From Clostridia bacterium (GTDB lineage: Bacteria > Bacillota > Clostridia > Christensenellales > Aristaeellaceae): a DNA stretch of 64,000 bases. Shown in pieces: positions 47,538-56,120 of this stretch. The DNA lies in assembly GCA_017395065.1 (NCBI GenBank), contig JAFPWH010000002.1:2156-66155 (forward strand). Direction: 5' to 3'. Both the position numbers and the translations under genes were made by a program. How positions within the stretch are numbered: the first letter of the stretch is position 1; the number at the start of each line of letters is the position of its first letter. Under the pieces are notes generated by a model. The model saw only the letters and a list, made by a program, of their open reading frames with translations, did no database searches and was not told the origin of the DNA.

Positions 47538-48509
47538 TCAGTTTTCATAGTACGTCCAGTGCGAGGACGTCTTGAAAATGATGCCGGTGATGCCCGCCAT
47601 GATCAGAAGCATGATCCAGCTCTGCGCGCAGGCGTAGCCCATGTGCTGGTAGGCGAAGCCTTCCTTGAAGATGTTCAGCGCGATGTAGTTCGTGGCGTAG
47701 TTCGGGCCGCCGTCGGTGATGATTTGCGCCTGCGTAAAAGTCATAAAGCCGCTGATCAGCTGCATGATCAGGTTGAACAGTATGATCGGCGAAAGGCAGG
47801 GCAGCGTGATCGAGAAAAAGCGGCGGAAAACGTGCGCGCCGTCGATTTCGGCGGCCTCGTAGTAGTCCTTGGGGATCTGCTTGAGGCCCGACGCGAAGAT
47901 CAGCATCGAGGAGCCGAACTGCCACGCGTTGCACAATACCAGCGGCAAAAACGCCCAGGTGGTGGAACCGAAAAAGTTGAAGTTTTCTGCGCCGAGGCTC
48001 GTGATGAAGCCGACGATCGGTCCGCGGCTGCCGAAAAGCTGCTTCCAAACCAGCGCCACCGCGACCGAGCCGCCGATCAGGGACGGAATGTAGTAAACCG
48101 CCCTGTAAAAGCCCTGCGCCCGGGTCGGCTTGGTCAGAAGCATCGCGATCAGCAGCGCGAAGACGAGCTTTAGCGGAACGCCGATGGCTACGTACTGGAC
48201 CGTGACGAGGATCGAGTTCAGGAAGGTCTCGTCGCGCATCAGGTTGAAGAAGTTTTCAATGCCCAGCCAGGCCGGCGACGCGCCGATGGTGTAGCTGCAA
48301 AAAGAGTAATACAGCGAAAGCGCCATGGGCACCAGCGTGAGCAGAGAAAAGCTGATGATGAACGGCAGCGCGAACAGGTAGCCCACGGTGTTGTCGTTGT
48401 TCCAGAAACCGTTGGCGCTTTTCCCGAATCTGCGCTTTGTGGCCTGCATGGGATGATTACCTCCTTTTGATTGAAAAGGCACCCCAAAACTGTGTTTCAG
48501 GGTGCCCAA
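47538..48509 (-). CDS. Carbohydrate ABC transporter permease (MalF/UgpA-like)
   Basis: 6 TM helices. 'EAAEIDGAHVFRRFFSITLPCLSP' EAA motif. Confidence 0.85.
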   Translation of the reverse strand: MGTLKHSFGVPFQSKGGNHPMQATKRRFGKSANGFWNNDNTVGYLFALPFIISFSLLTLVPMALSLYYSFCSYTIGASPAWLGIENFFNLMRDETFLNSILVTVQYVAIGVPLKLVFALLIAMLLTKPTRAQGFYRAVYYIPSLIGGSVAVALVWKQLFGSRGPIVGFITSLGAENFNFFGSTTWAFLPLVLCNAWQFGSSMLIFASGLKQIPKDYYEAAEIDGAHVFRRFFSITLPCLSPIILFNLIMQLISGFMTFTQAQIITDGGPNYATNYIALNIFKEGFAYQHMGYACAQSWIMLLIMAGITGIIFKTSSHWTYYEN

Positions 48510-48534
48510 ACCGATTCAGGCAGCGTAAGCCCTG

Positions 48535-49890
48535 TCAGTTCTCGAACTTGGCCCAGATCTCCTGCGCTTCGGCCCAGAACAGCTCGGCGGCTTCTTCGGC
48601 GCTGGCGAACTTGCCTTCGGCCAGACCCTGGAAGTAGGTCTTCTTGAGCACGTCGGAAATCTCTTCGTTCGCGGCGGGCTCGGCGGGGCTGGTGTTGGCG
48701 GCATCCGGGAAGGAGCCGATCAGGTCGATGATGGTGTAGACCTTGCTGGTGGTCTCGTCGGCGTTCTCTTTGAGGGCGGCCAGTACGTCGCTGTTGATGG
48801 ATACGCCGCGCTCGCAGTTGAGGATCGTGTTGGCTTCGATGCTGTTGATGAAGTAGTTGATGAAGTTGGCGGCCATTTCCTTCTTCTGGCTGCCCTTCCA
48901 CATGCTCATCTGCTGGCTGGAGCGAACGACCATGCCGCTCTGTCCGTCTTCGGTGTAGCGCGGGATGGTGGCGAGCTCCAGGGTGATGCCGTTTTCGGCG
49001 GCGACCTTGCTCAGCGCCTGGAACTGGTTGGAGGAAAGCATCACGATGGCGCTGTCGCCGTAGGCGATCCAGTCGGCCTCGATGTTGGAACCGATCTCGT
49101 TCTGGATGCCGTAGTCGGCGATGACGCCCTCCTGCTGCAGGGTGGTCAGCAGGTCGAACAGGTAGGCAAGGGGCGCGGTGTCGCCGTTAAAGCCGAAGCC
49201 GGTGCCGTCCATGGTGTAGAAGTTGTAGCCTTCCTGCCACTGGGTAAAGATGGAGTAGGCAACGGAGTTGTACTCGAGGGTGGTCAGTGCGGGCTTGCCG
49301 GTCGCCTCGTGAATGGCGCGGCCCGCCTCGGCGAAGTCTTCCCAGGTCCAGGTGGCAGTGGGGTATTCCACGCCGGCCTCGTCGAAGATGGCGGGGTTGT
49401 AGGCGAAGCAGCGGGCGTTGGTGCCGTTGGACATGCCGGTCACGTCGCCGTTGGCCTGGTTGACGGTGGTGGCGATCATCGCGGGGCCGATGGCCGTGGT
49501 GTCGATGATGCCCTCTTCGATGTACTCGTTCAGGGGCTCGATGGTGTCGTAATAGGTCAGCCAGTTGTTGCCCATCTGGAATACGTCGGTCAGCGTGCCG
49601 GCCGCCATCTTGGCCTGGAACTGGGTCCAGTAGGTGCCGCCGTCGTACCACTCGAATTCAACCTTGGCGCCGGTGTGCTCTTCCCACAGGTGGATGACCT
49701 TCTCGGTCATTTCGGCGCGGGTGTTGGAACCCCACCACATGAGGGACAGGGTCTCTCCGCTGTAGTCGGGGAACACATAGCCTTCGGCGTTTACGTTGTT
49801 CCAGCCTTCGGCGTTTTCGGCCGTCACTGGGAAGGCCATGCAGCCGACCAGCAGCGCGGCGAGGATCAGTGCGATAACGATTCTCTTCAT
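48535..49890 (-). CDS. Extracellular solute-binding lipoprotein (family 1) of a sugar ABC transporter
   Basis: Lipoprotein signal (LLVGC). 451 aa. Immediately upstream of, and co-directional with, the two permeases. No ATPase gene is adjacent. Confidence 0.8.
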   Translation of the reverse strand: MKRIVIALILAALLVGCMAFPVTAENAEGWNNVNAEGYVFPDYSGETLSLMWWGSNTRAEMTEKVIHLWEEHTGAKVEFEWYDGGTYWTQFQAKMAAGTLTDVFQMGNNWLTYYDTIEPLNEYIEEGIIDTTAIGPAMIATTVNQANGDVTGMSNGTNARCFAYNPAIFDEAGVEYPTATWTWEDFAEAGRAIHEATGKPALTTLEYNSVAYSIFTQWQEGYNFYTMDGTGFGFNGDTAPLAYLFDLLTTLQQEGVIADYGIQNEIGSNIEADWIAYGDSAIVMLSSNQFQALSKVAAENGITLELATIPRYTEDGQSGMVVRSSQQMSMWKGSQKKEMAANFINYFINSIEANTILNCERGVSINSDVLAALKENADETTSKVYTIIDLIGSFPDAANTSPAEPAANEEISDVLKKTYFQGLAEGKFASAEEAAELFWAEAQEIWAKFEN

Positions 49891-50032
49891 TGGGTAACCT
49901 CCTTAATGATTTGAGCAGAACGTTTTCTGCAACAATAACATTACAATTATACTCATTGTTTGCGCTGTTGTCAAGCGCTCGCGCCGGAAAATGCGGGTCG
50001 CGTCTTCCCGAAAGAAACCGTTCAAAAGCACA

Positions 50033-50060
50033 AAAAACGCAGCCTTCGGGGGCTGCGCCC
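50033..50060 (-). terminator. Rho-independent terminator after the DUF4160 gene
   Basis: On the minus strand: gcgcagccccc-gaa-ggctgcg followed by TTTTTTG. Confidence 0.6.
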
Positions 50061-50083
50061 TTTGTAAAATGGGATTTTTACTT

Positions 50084-50350
50084 TTACCTGAGCGGGTCGA
50101 TCCTGAAAACTTCGTTGCCGTTGAGCATCAGGCGCCAGTTGGCGGTCAGGTCGTCCTGATGGATGACCAGCCAGGCGCGCACCAAAGCGAGCTTTCCCGG
50201 GTTCAGATAGCCGTCCAGCACGTCGCCGGCCAAAGACATGACGACCTCTTCCTCCTTGAAAACGGCGTGGATATGGGGCACCTTGCGCTCGGTGGATTTG
50301 TCCGTGTACATGTATATGATGATCCCGTAAAACAAACTGATCGGCGTCAT
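50084..50350 (-). CDS. DUF4160 domain protein
   Basis: 'MTPISLFYGIIIYMYTDKSTERKVPHIHAVFKEEEVVMSL...LVRAWLVIHQDDLTANW' matches the DUF4160 signature (FYGI.I.MY..DH.PPHFHA.Y...EA). GGAGG RBS 7 nt upstream of the ATG at 50350. The ORF-track start at 50476 is an over-extension. Confidence 0.65.
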   Translation of the reverse strand: MTPISLFYGIIIYMYTDKSTERKVPHIHAVFKEEEVVMSLAGDVLDGYLNPGKLALVRAWLVIHQDDLTANWRLMLNGNEVFRIDPLR

Positions 50351-50747
50351 ACTGCTACCTCCAACGGTCACAGAGTGTACCACACGGATGTGACTACTTG
50401 GCTTCAAAAGTATGTCAAATTCATGAAGCATAGCTTTCAAATCTGTTTCATGAGCGACCCTGCGCAGAATTGTCAAACATATGCAACAGTATTTTTTTCA
50501 AATGCGCTTGACGGCACGCGACGAATGCGGTATCATTGGTTCGTTCATAATTCGGTCATAATTCGTTTACGGAGGTGAATGTCTTGGAAGACAGCGGAAG
50601 AGCCATGTCAAACGACGGCGTGCCCCGATCGTGCTTCGCCGCTGTGATCCGCGGCATCAAGTAAGCCCTCCGGCGCGCCTTCACGGCACCGACATATGGT
50701 CTGTGCTACGGTTTTTGCATATTTTTATGTGAAGGCGGTGATTTTCC

Positions 50748-52112
50748 ATGGATTGGGAAACTGTAAAACAACGGCTCGACGCACTGCTCGAAGCCGATAA
50801 GCGCATTGAACTTCGCGGCGCGCTCAGAATGCTCAACCGCGTGGACGTCGCGCAGTATCTGAGCGAACTGGACACCGAGAAGATGCTCAAGGTCTTCCGC
50901 ATACTGCCCAGCGAGATCTCCTCCGACGTCTTCAGCTACATGGACGACGACCAGCGCGAAAAACTGATCTCCACGATCGGCGATCAGGAGATCTGCCGTC
51001 TGGTCGACGACATGTTCATCGACGACGCGGTCGATTTTCTGGAGGACCTGCCCAGCGACCTCGTAAAGCGCGTCCTTGAAAACGTGAGCGACGACACGCG
51101 CAAGGTCATCAACCGCTTCCTCTCCTACCCCGAAAACAGCGCGGGCTCGATCATGACCATCGAGTTTTGCGCCTTCCCGGGCGATTTCACCGTGGCGCAG
51201 GCCATGAAGGAGATCCGGCGCACGGGCGTGGACAAGGAAACGATCAACACGCTCTACGTGCTGGACAAAAACGGAAAGCTGACCGGCACGCTGGCGCTCA
51301 GAAAGCTCATCAGCGCGGACGACGATCAGCCTGTAAGCGAGCTCAGCGACAGCAACTTCGTCTCCGTCGGCACGCTGGACGATCAGGAAATGGTCGCCGA
51401 GACCGTGCGCAAGTACGACCTGCTTGCCGTGCCGGTGGTCGACAAGGAAGGGCGTCCCGTGGGCATCATCACGGCCGACGACATTCTGGACGTATTGCAG
51501 GACGAGGCCACCGAGGACATCGAAAAGATGAGCGCTCTGACCCCGTCGGAGGACACCTACATGAAGACCGGCGTGTTCACGCTGGTCAAAAACAGGCTGC
51601 CGTGGCTTATGCTTATGCTTGTCGCATCGATCTTTACCGGCCTCATCATCAGCCACTACGAGGAGATTCTTACCGCGCCCGCGCTTGGGTCGATCGGCGT
51701 CGCGCTGACGGCCTGCATCCCCATGATCATGGACACGGGCGGCAACTGCGGCCAGCAGTCCTCGACGCTGATCATCCGCGGCCTCGCGACCGGCGAGGTC
51801 GGCCCGGGCGACGCGCTGAAGGTGCTCTGGAAGGAAACGCGCGTGGCGCTCCTGGTCGCCTGCGCGCTGGCCGTCGTATGTTTTCTGATACAGAAGTTCA
51901 TCTTCGGAATTGATCTGAGCGTTGCGATCACGATATCGCTTGCGATGATCTTCTGCGTGCTGTTTGCAAAAATACTGGGCGGGCTTTTGCCGCTGGGCGT
52001 GAAGGCGCTGCGCCTCGACCCGGCGCTGATCGCTTCGCCCATGATCACGACCGTCGCCGATACGTGCTCGCTGCTGATACTGTTCGTGCTGGCGACGGCG
52101 GTATTGCTGTAG
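50748..52112 (+). CDS. mgtE: Magnesium transporter MgtE
   Basis: MgtE_N ('DVAQYLSELDTEKMLKVFRILP'), tandem CBS domains, and an MgtE TM domain ('IPMIMDTGGNCGQQSSTLIIRGLATGEV'). Confidence 0.9.
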   Translation: MDWETVKQRLDALLEADKRIELRGALRMLNRVDVAQYLSELDTEKMLKVFRILPSEISSDVFSYMDDDQREKLISTIGDQEICRLVDDMFIDDAVDFLEDLPSDLVKRVLENVSDDTRKVINRFLSYPENSAGSIMTIEFCAFPGDFTVAQAMKEIRRTGVDKETINTLYVLDKNGKLTGTLALRKLISADDDQPVSELSDSNFVSVGTLDDQEMVAETVRKYDLLAVPVVDKEGRPVGIITADDILDVLQDEATEDIEKMSALTPSEDTYMKTGVFTLVKNRLPWLMLMLVASIFTGLIISHYEEILTAPALGSIGVALTACIPMIMDTGGNCGQQSSTLIIRGLATGEVGPGDALKVLWKETRVALLVACALAVVCFLIQKFIFGIDLSVAITISLAMIFCVLFAKILGGLLPLGVKALRLDPALIASPMITTVADTCSLLILFVLATAVLL

Positions 52113-52125
52113 GGGAGGTGCCGCA

Positions 52126-53460
52126 ATGGATTTTGAAACCATCAAGCAGCGCCTGGACAAGCTTCTGGACAGCGACAGGATGGGCGAGCTGCGCGGGGCG
52201 CTGATGATGCTCAACGTCGTGGACATCGCCGAATACATGGACAGCCTCGAAAAGGACAAGATGCTCAAAACCTACCGCATTTTGCCCAAGGACATCTCCG
52301 CCGAGGTCTTCACCTACCTCTCCGACGAGCAAAAGCAGTACCTGATGGAGCTCATCGGAGACAGCGAGACCGCCGAGCTCATCAGCAACATGTTCGTGGA
52401 CGACGCCGTGGACTTTCTGGAGGAGCTGCCCGCGAACCTCGTGACCCGCCTGCTCAAAAACGTCAACGAGGAGCAGCGCCGCACGATCAACCGCTTCCTT
52501 TCCTACCCCGAAAACAGCGCAGGCTCGATCATGACCATCGAGTTCTGTTCGCTCAAAGAGGGGCTGACCGTCGCCGAGGCGATGAAGTACTTAAAGCAGA
52601 ACAGCCTCGACAAGGAGACGATCTACACGCTGTACGTGCTGGGACCGTCGCACCAGCTGCGCGGCACGCTGCCGCTCAGGCGCCTGATCCTGGCAGACGA
52701 AAACGCGGTCGTCGACTCCATCATGAGCACGAACTACATCTACGCCAACACGCTGGACGATCAGGAGCAGGTGGCCGAGCTCGTGCGCAGGTACGACCTG
52801 ATGAGTGTGCCGATCGTCGACAAGGAAGGACGCATGGTGGGCATCGTCACCGCCGACGACATCATGGACGTCATCGAGGAAGAGGCCACCGAGGACATCG
52901 AAAAGATGAACGCCCTTTTGCCCTCCGAGGACGAATATTTAAAGACCAAGCCCGTAAAGCTGGCCGGCAACCGCCTGCCCTGGCTCATGTTCATGATGAT
53001 CTCGAGCATCTTTACCGAGCTCATCATCTCCCACTTTTCCGGTTCGCTCGCCGGCGCGTTCACGGCCTGCATCCCGATGCTGATGGGCACGGGCGGCAAC
53101 AGCGGCTCCCAGTCCTCGACGCTGGTGATCCGCGGCCTGGCGCTTGGCGAGATCAGCCCCGGCGACGCCTTGAAGGTGCTGTGGAAGGAATTTCGCGTTT
53201 CGCTGATCGTGAGCGCGCTGCTTGCGGTCGTGACGTTCCTGATCCAGTACTTCATCTTCGACGCCGGCATGGACGCGCTGGCGATCTCTCTTGCGATGAT
53301 CGGCACGGTGACGCTGGCCAAGTGCATCGGCTGCACGCTGCCGCTTCTGGCCAAAAAGCTCAAGCTCGACCCCGCTCTCATGGCCGCGCCGCTGATCACC
53401 ACCATCGTGGACGTGTGCTCGCTTTTGATACTGGTGCTGTGCGCCCATCTGGCTTTCTGA
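52126..53460 (+). CDS. mgtE: Magnesium transporter MgtE (second tandem paralog)
   Basis: Same architecture as mgtE-1 ('IPMLMGTGGNSGSQSSTLVIRGLALGEI'). ~55% identical to the upstream copy. Confidence 0.9.
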   Translation: MDFETIKQRLDKLLDSDRMGELRGALMMLNVVDIAEYMDSLEKDKMLKTYRILPKDISAEVFTYLSDEQKQYLMELIGDSETAELISNMFVDDAVDFLEELPANLVTRLLKNVNEEQRRTINRFLSYPENSAGSIMTIEFCSLKEGLTVAEAMKYLKQNSLDKETIYTLYVLGPSHQLRGTLPLRRLILADENAVVDSIMSTNYIYANTLDDQEQVAELVRRYDLMSVPIVDKEGRMVGIVTADDIMDVIEEEATEDIEKMNALLPSEDEYLKTKPVKLAGNRLPWLMFMMISSIFTELIISHFSGSLAGAFTACIPMLMGTGGNSGSQSSTLVIRGLALGEISPGDALKVLWKEFRVSLIVSALLAVVTFLIQYFIFDAGMDALAISLAMIGTVTLAKCIGCTLPLLAKKLKLDPALMAAPLITTIVDVCSLLILVLCAHLAF

Positions 53461-53488
53461 ACCGTGACCGCAAGAGGAACGCATTGAT

Positions 53489-54202
53489 ATGAAGGAACTG
53501 CTGGGCTGCATCCGCAGGGCGGACAAGGATTTCGGCCTGATCGAAGAGGGCGACAGGGTTTGCGTGGGCGTTTCCGGCGGAAAGGACAGCCTCGCCCTGC
53601 TCTACGCGATGCACCTGTACCGCCGCTTCTGCCCGAATAAATTCGAGCTTACGGCCGCAACGCTGCATCTGGGCCGGGAGCCCTTTGACTTGAGCGCGAT
53701 ACAAAAGCTCTGCGACGAGATCGGGGTGCCCTACGTCGTCAAAAAGACGCAGATCTCCGAGGTCATTTTCGACGTCCGCAAGGAAGAAAATCCCTGCGCG
53801 CTCTGCGCAAAGATGCGAAGGGGCGCACTGATCGACCTGTGCAAAGAGATGGGCGCAAACAAGCTCGCCCTCGGGCATCACCGCGACGACGCGGAGGAAA
53901 CGCTGCTTTTGAGCCTTCTGTACGAAGGGCGGCTGCATACGTTCCATCCAAAGACGTTCCTCTCCCGCAGCGGCATAACCCAGATCCGCCCCATGGTCTA
54001 CGCGAGCGAAAAACACGTCATCCACGTCGTAAAGGCGCTTTCGCTGCCCGTCGTCACCTCGCCCTGCCCCGCGAACGGCTACACCAAGCGCGAGGAGGTC
54101 AAGGAGATACTGGACGGCATCTGCAAAAAGATCCCAAACGCCCGCGAGCTCATGCTCAGCGCCCTGCAGAACACCGCGCAGTACGGGCTGTGGGACAAAT
54201 AA
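53489..54202 (+). CDS. ttcA: tRNA 2-thiocytidine synthase TtcA-like PP-loop ATPase
   Basis: 'VCVGVSGGKDSLALLY' PP-loop (SGGxDS). 'CALCAKMRRG' CxxC. 'ALGHHRDDAEETLLLSL'. Confidence 0.8.
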   Translation: MKELLGCIRRADKDFGLIEEGDRVCVGVSGGKDSLALLYAMHLYRRFCPNKFELTAATLHLGREPFDLSAIQKLCDEIGVPYVVKKTQISEVIFDVRKEENPCALCAKMRRGALIDLCKEMGANKLALGHHRDDAEETLLLSLLYEGRLHTFHPKTFLSRSGITQIRPMVYASEKHVIHVVKALSLPVVTSPCPANGYTKREEVKEILDGICKKIPNARELMLSALQNTAQYGLWDK

Positions 54203-54394
54203 ATCTTGCACGTTTACCCGGCCCGCTGCCCGCTGCAGCGGACGGTTTTATTATCCGAATCGGCAAAGGCGCAGGCGACGCGGGCGCTTTTGCTTTTTTA
54301 TTGTCCGATCGGGTCGTCGTCCGAGCAGTCTCACGCTTAATCTGCAATTAACAAAATTATACAAAAATTGTTGGATATCGACCGAAATATCTTG

Positions 54395-54425
54395 ACAGGC
54401 CTGTTCCGGTATGGTACAATACCAT
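54395..54425 (+). promoter_or_regulatory. Sigma-A-type promoter (TTGACA-N16-TGgTACAAT) upstream of the flotillin gene
   Basis: ttgacaggcctgttccggtatggtacaat, a near-consensus -35 and extended -10. Confidence 0.6.
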
Positions 54426-54493
54426 TCGGAACAAAACGCCCGATTGCAATCACGGCTGAGCAAAAACCGACCAAACACAGAAAGGAAAAAGCA

Positions 54494-56062
54494 ATGGATA
54501 CCATCGTCACCATCGCCATCGTCGCAGTCGTGCTCATCATTATCGTATTGATCACCTGCTACCGCAAGGCGCCGCCCAACGAGGCCATCGTCGTCACCGG
54601 CGTAGGCCACAGGGAACCCAAGGTCGTCAACGGCCGCGGCGTCGTCGTGCTGCCGATCCTGCAAAGGAGCGACCGGCTCACGATGCGCATGATGAAGCTG
54701 GACGTAAAGACCCCCGAAACCGGCGTAAAGACCAGTGAAGGCGTACCGCTGTGGATGGACAGCGTCGTAACCGTCCAGGTCTACAGCAACACCTCCACGC
54801 TGACGGAGGGCGAAGTGGAACAGAGCGGCTGCAAAAACCGCGACGAATACATCAAAGCCCGCCAGCAGGCCGCCATCTCCAACTTCCTGGGCATGGACGA
54901 GGCGCAGATCGACGCCAAGGTCAACGACGTGCTGCAGGGCAACCTGCGCGAGATCGTGGCCGAAATGACCGTGGTCGAGCTGCTCACCAAGCGCAAGGAG
55001 TTCGCCTCCCGCGTGATCGAAAACGCCCGTCCGGACCTGGCCAAGGTAGGCCTCGAAGTCATCACCTTCAACATTCAGGACATTCAGGACGCGCAGGACA
55101 GCTGCGGCAAGACCCACGGCGTCGTGGAGGCCATCGGCGTGCAGCGCGAAATGGAAGTCAAAAAGGCTGCCGAGATCGCGCGGGCCGACGCGGAGAGGGA
55201 CATCGCCCTCGCACGCGCCGTCGCTTCCCAGCAGGCCAACGAAGGCCAGGTGGCCGCGGATACGTCCATCGCCGAAAACAACAACAAGCTGGCGCTGCGC
55301 CGCTCCGCTCTGAAGGCCGAGGCCGACAAGGCCGCCGTCGACGCGGAAGCCGCCGGTAAGATCGAAGCCCAGATTCAGGAAAAGACCCTGCGGGAGCGCC
55401 AGGCAGACGCCGAGATCGCCGCGCAGGAAAAGGCCATCATCCGCACCGACAAGGAAGTCGAGGTGCAGAAGCGCCGCCTGAGCGCCGAGATCAGAGAAAA
55501 GGCCGACGCGGACAAGTACGCCGCCAACGCCCGCGCCGACGCGGAGAAGTACGCCGCCGAAGCCTCTGCCGAGGCAACGCGCATCCGCCGCCAGAACGAG
55601 GCCGACGCGTCCCTGTACGAGACGCAGAAGGAAGCCGACGCGAAGAAGGCCGCCGCCGAGGCCGCCAGATACGCCGCCGAGCAGGAAGCCGAGGGTATCC
55701 GCGCCAGGGGCGAAGCCGAAGCGCAGGCCATTCAGGCAAAGGCGCTGGCCGAAGCGCAGGGCATCGAAAAGAAGGCGCAGGCGCAGAACCTCATGGGCGA
55801 CGCGTCCAAGCTGGAAATGCTCTACAACGTGCTGCCCGAGGTCGCGCAGGCGCTGGCCTCCAGCCTGAACGGCGTGGAAAACCTGACCATGTACGGCACC
55901 GACGCCAACAGCGAGTATATCGGCAAGATCACGCAGGCCATGAACGGCTTCCTGAAGGCCATGGCCGACGGTACCGGCATCCGCCTGGGTGCGGGCCTCG
56001 CGGGCGCGCTCCCGGGGCTGACCGCCCAGCAAAGCGCCAAGACCGAAACCGCAGAAAAGTAA
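54494..56062 (+). CDS. Flotillin-like SPFH/band-7 domain protein (FloT/YuaG family)
   Basis: N-terminal TM (IVTIAIVAVVLIIIVLI), SPFH domain, then a long Ala/Glu/Lys-rich coiled-coil with EA-repeats. The ATG at 54494 is preceded by AAAGGAAAAAG. Confidence 0.8.
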   Translation: MDTIVTIAIVAVVLIIIVLITCYRKAPPNEAIVVTGVGHREPKVVNGRGVVVLPILQRSDRLTMRMMKLDVKTPETGVKTSEGVPLWMDSVVTVQVYSNTSTLTEGEVEQSGCKNRDEYIKARQQAAISNFLGMDEAQIDAKVNDVLQGNLREIVAEMTVVELLTKRKEFASRVIENARPDLAKVGLEVITFNIQDIQDAQDSCGKTHGVVEAIGVQREMEVKKAAEIARADAERDIALARAVASQQANEGQVAADTSIAENNNKLALRRSALKAEADKAAVDAEAAGKIEAQIQEKTLRERQADAEIAAQEKAIIRTDKEVEVQKRRLSAEIREKADADKYAANARADAEKYAAEASAEATRIRRQNEADASLYETQKEADAKKAAAEAARYAAEQEAEGIRARGEAEAQAIQAKALAEAQGIEKKAQAQNLMGDASKLEMLYNVLPEVAQALASSLNGVENLTMYGTDANSEYIGKITQAMNGFLKAMADGTGIRLGAGLAGALPGLTAQQSAKTETAEK

Positions 56063-56077
56063 TCCTTTAACCGACGG

Positions 56078-56112
56078 GGAGCTGCCGCAGACGCGGCAGC
56101 TCCCTTTTGCAT
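56078..56112. terminator. Bidirectional terminator between the flotillin (+) and GH38 (-) genes
   Basis: ggggagctgccgc-agac-gcggcagctccc followed by TTTTGC. Confidence 0.65.
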
Positions 56113-56120
56113 CGTTTGGC

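Noticed and set aside
50351-50476. First 42 codons of the DUF4160 ORF
   Set aside because: The DUF4160 signature begins at the internal Met, which has a strong GGAGG RBS. The upstream extension has no homology features.
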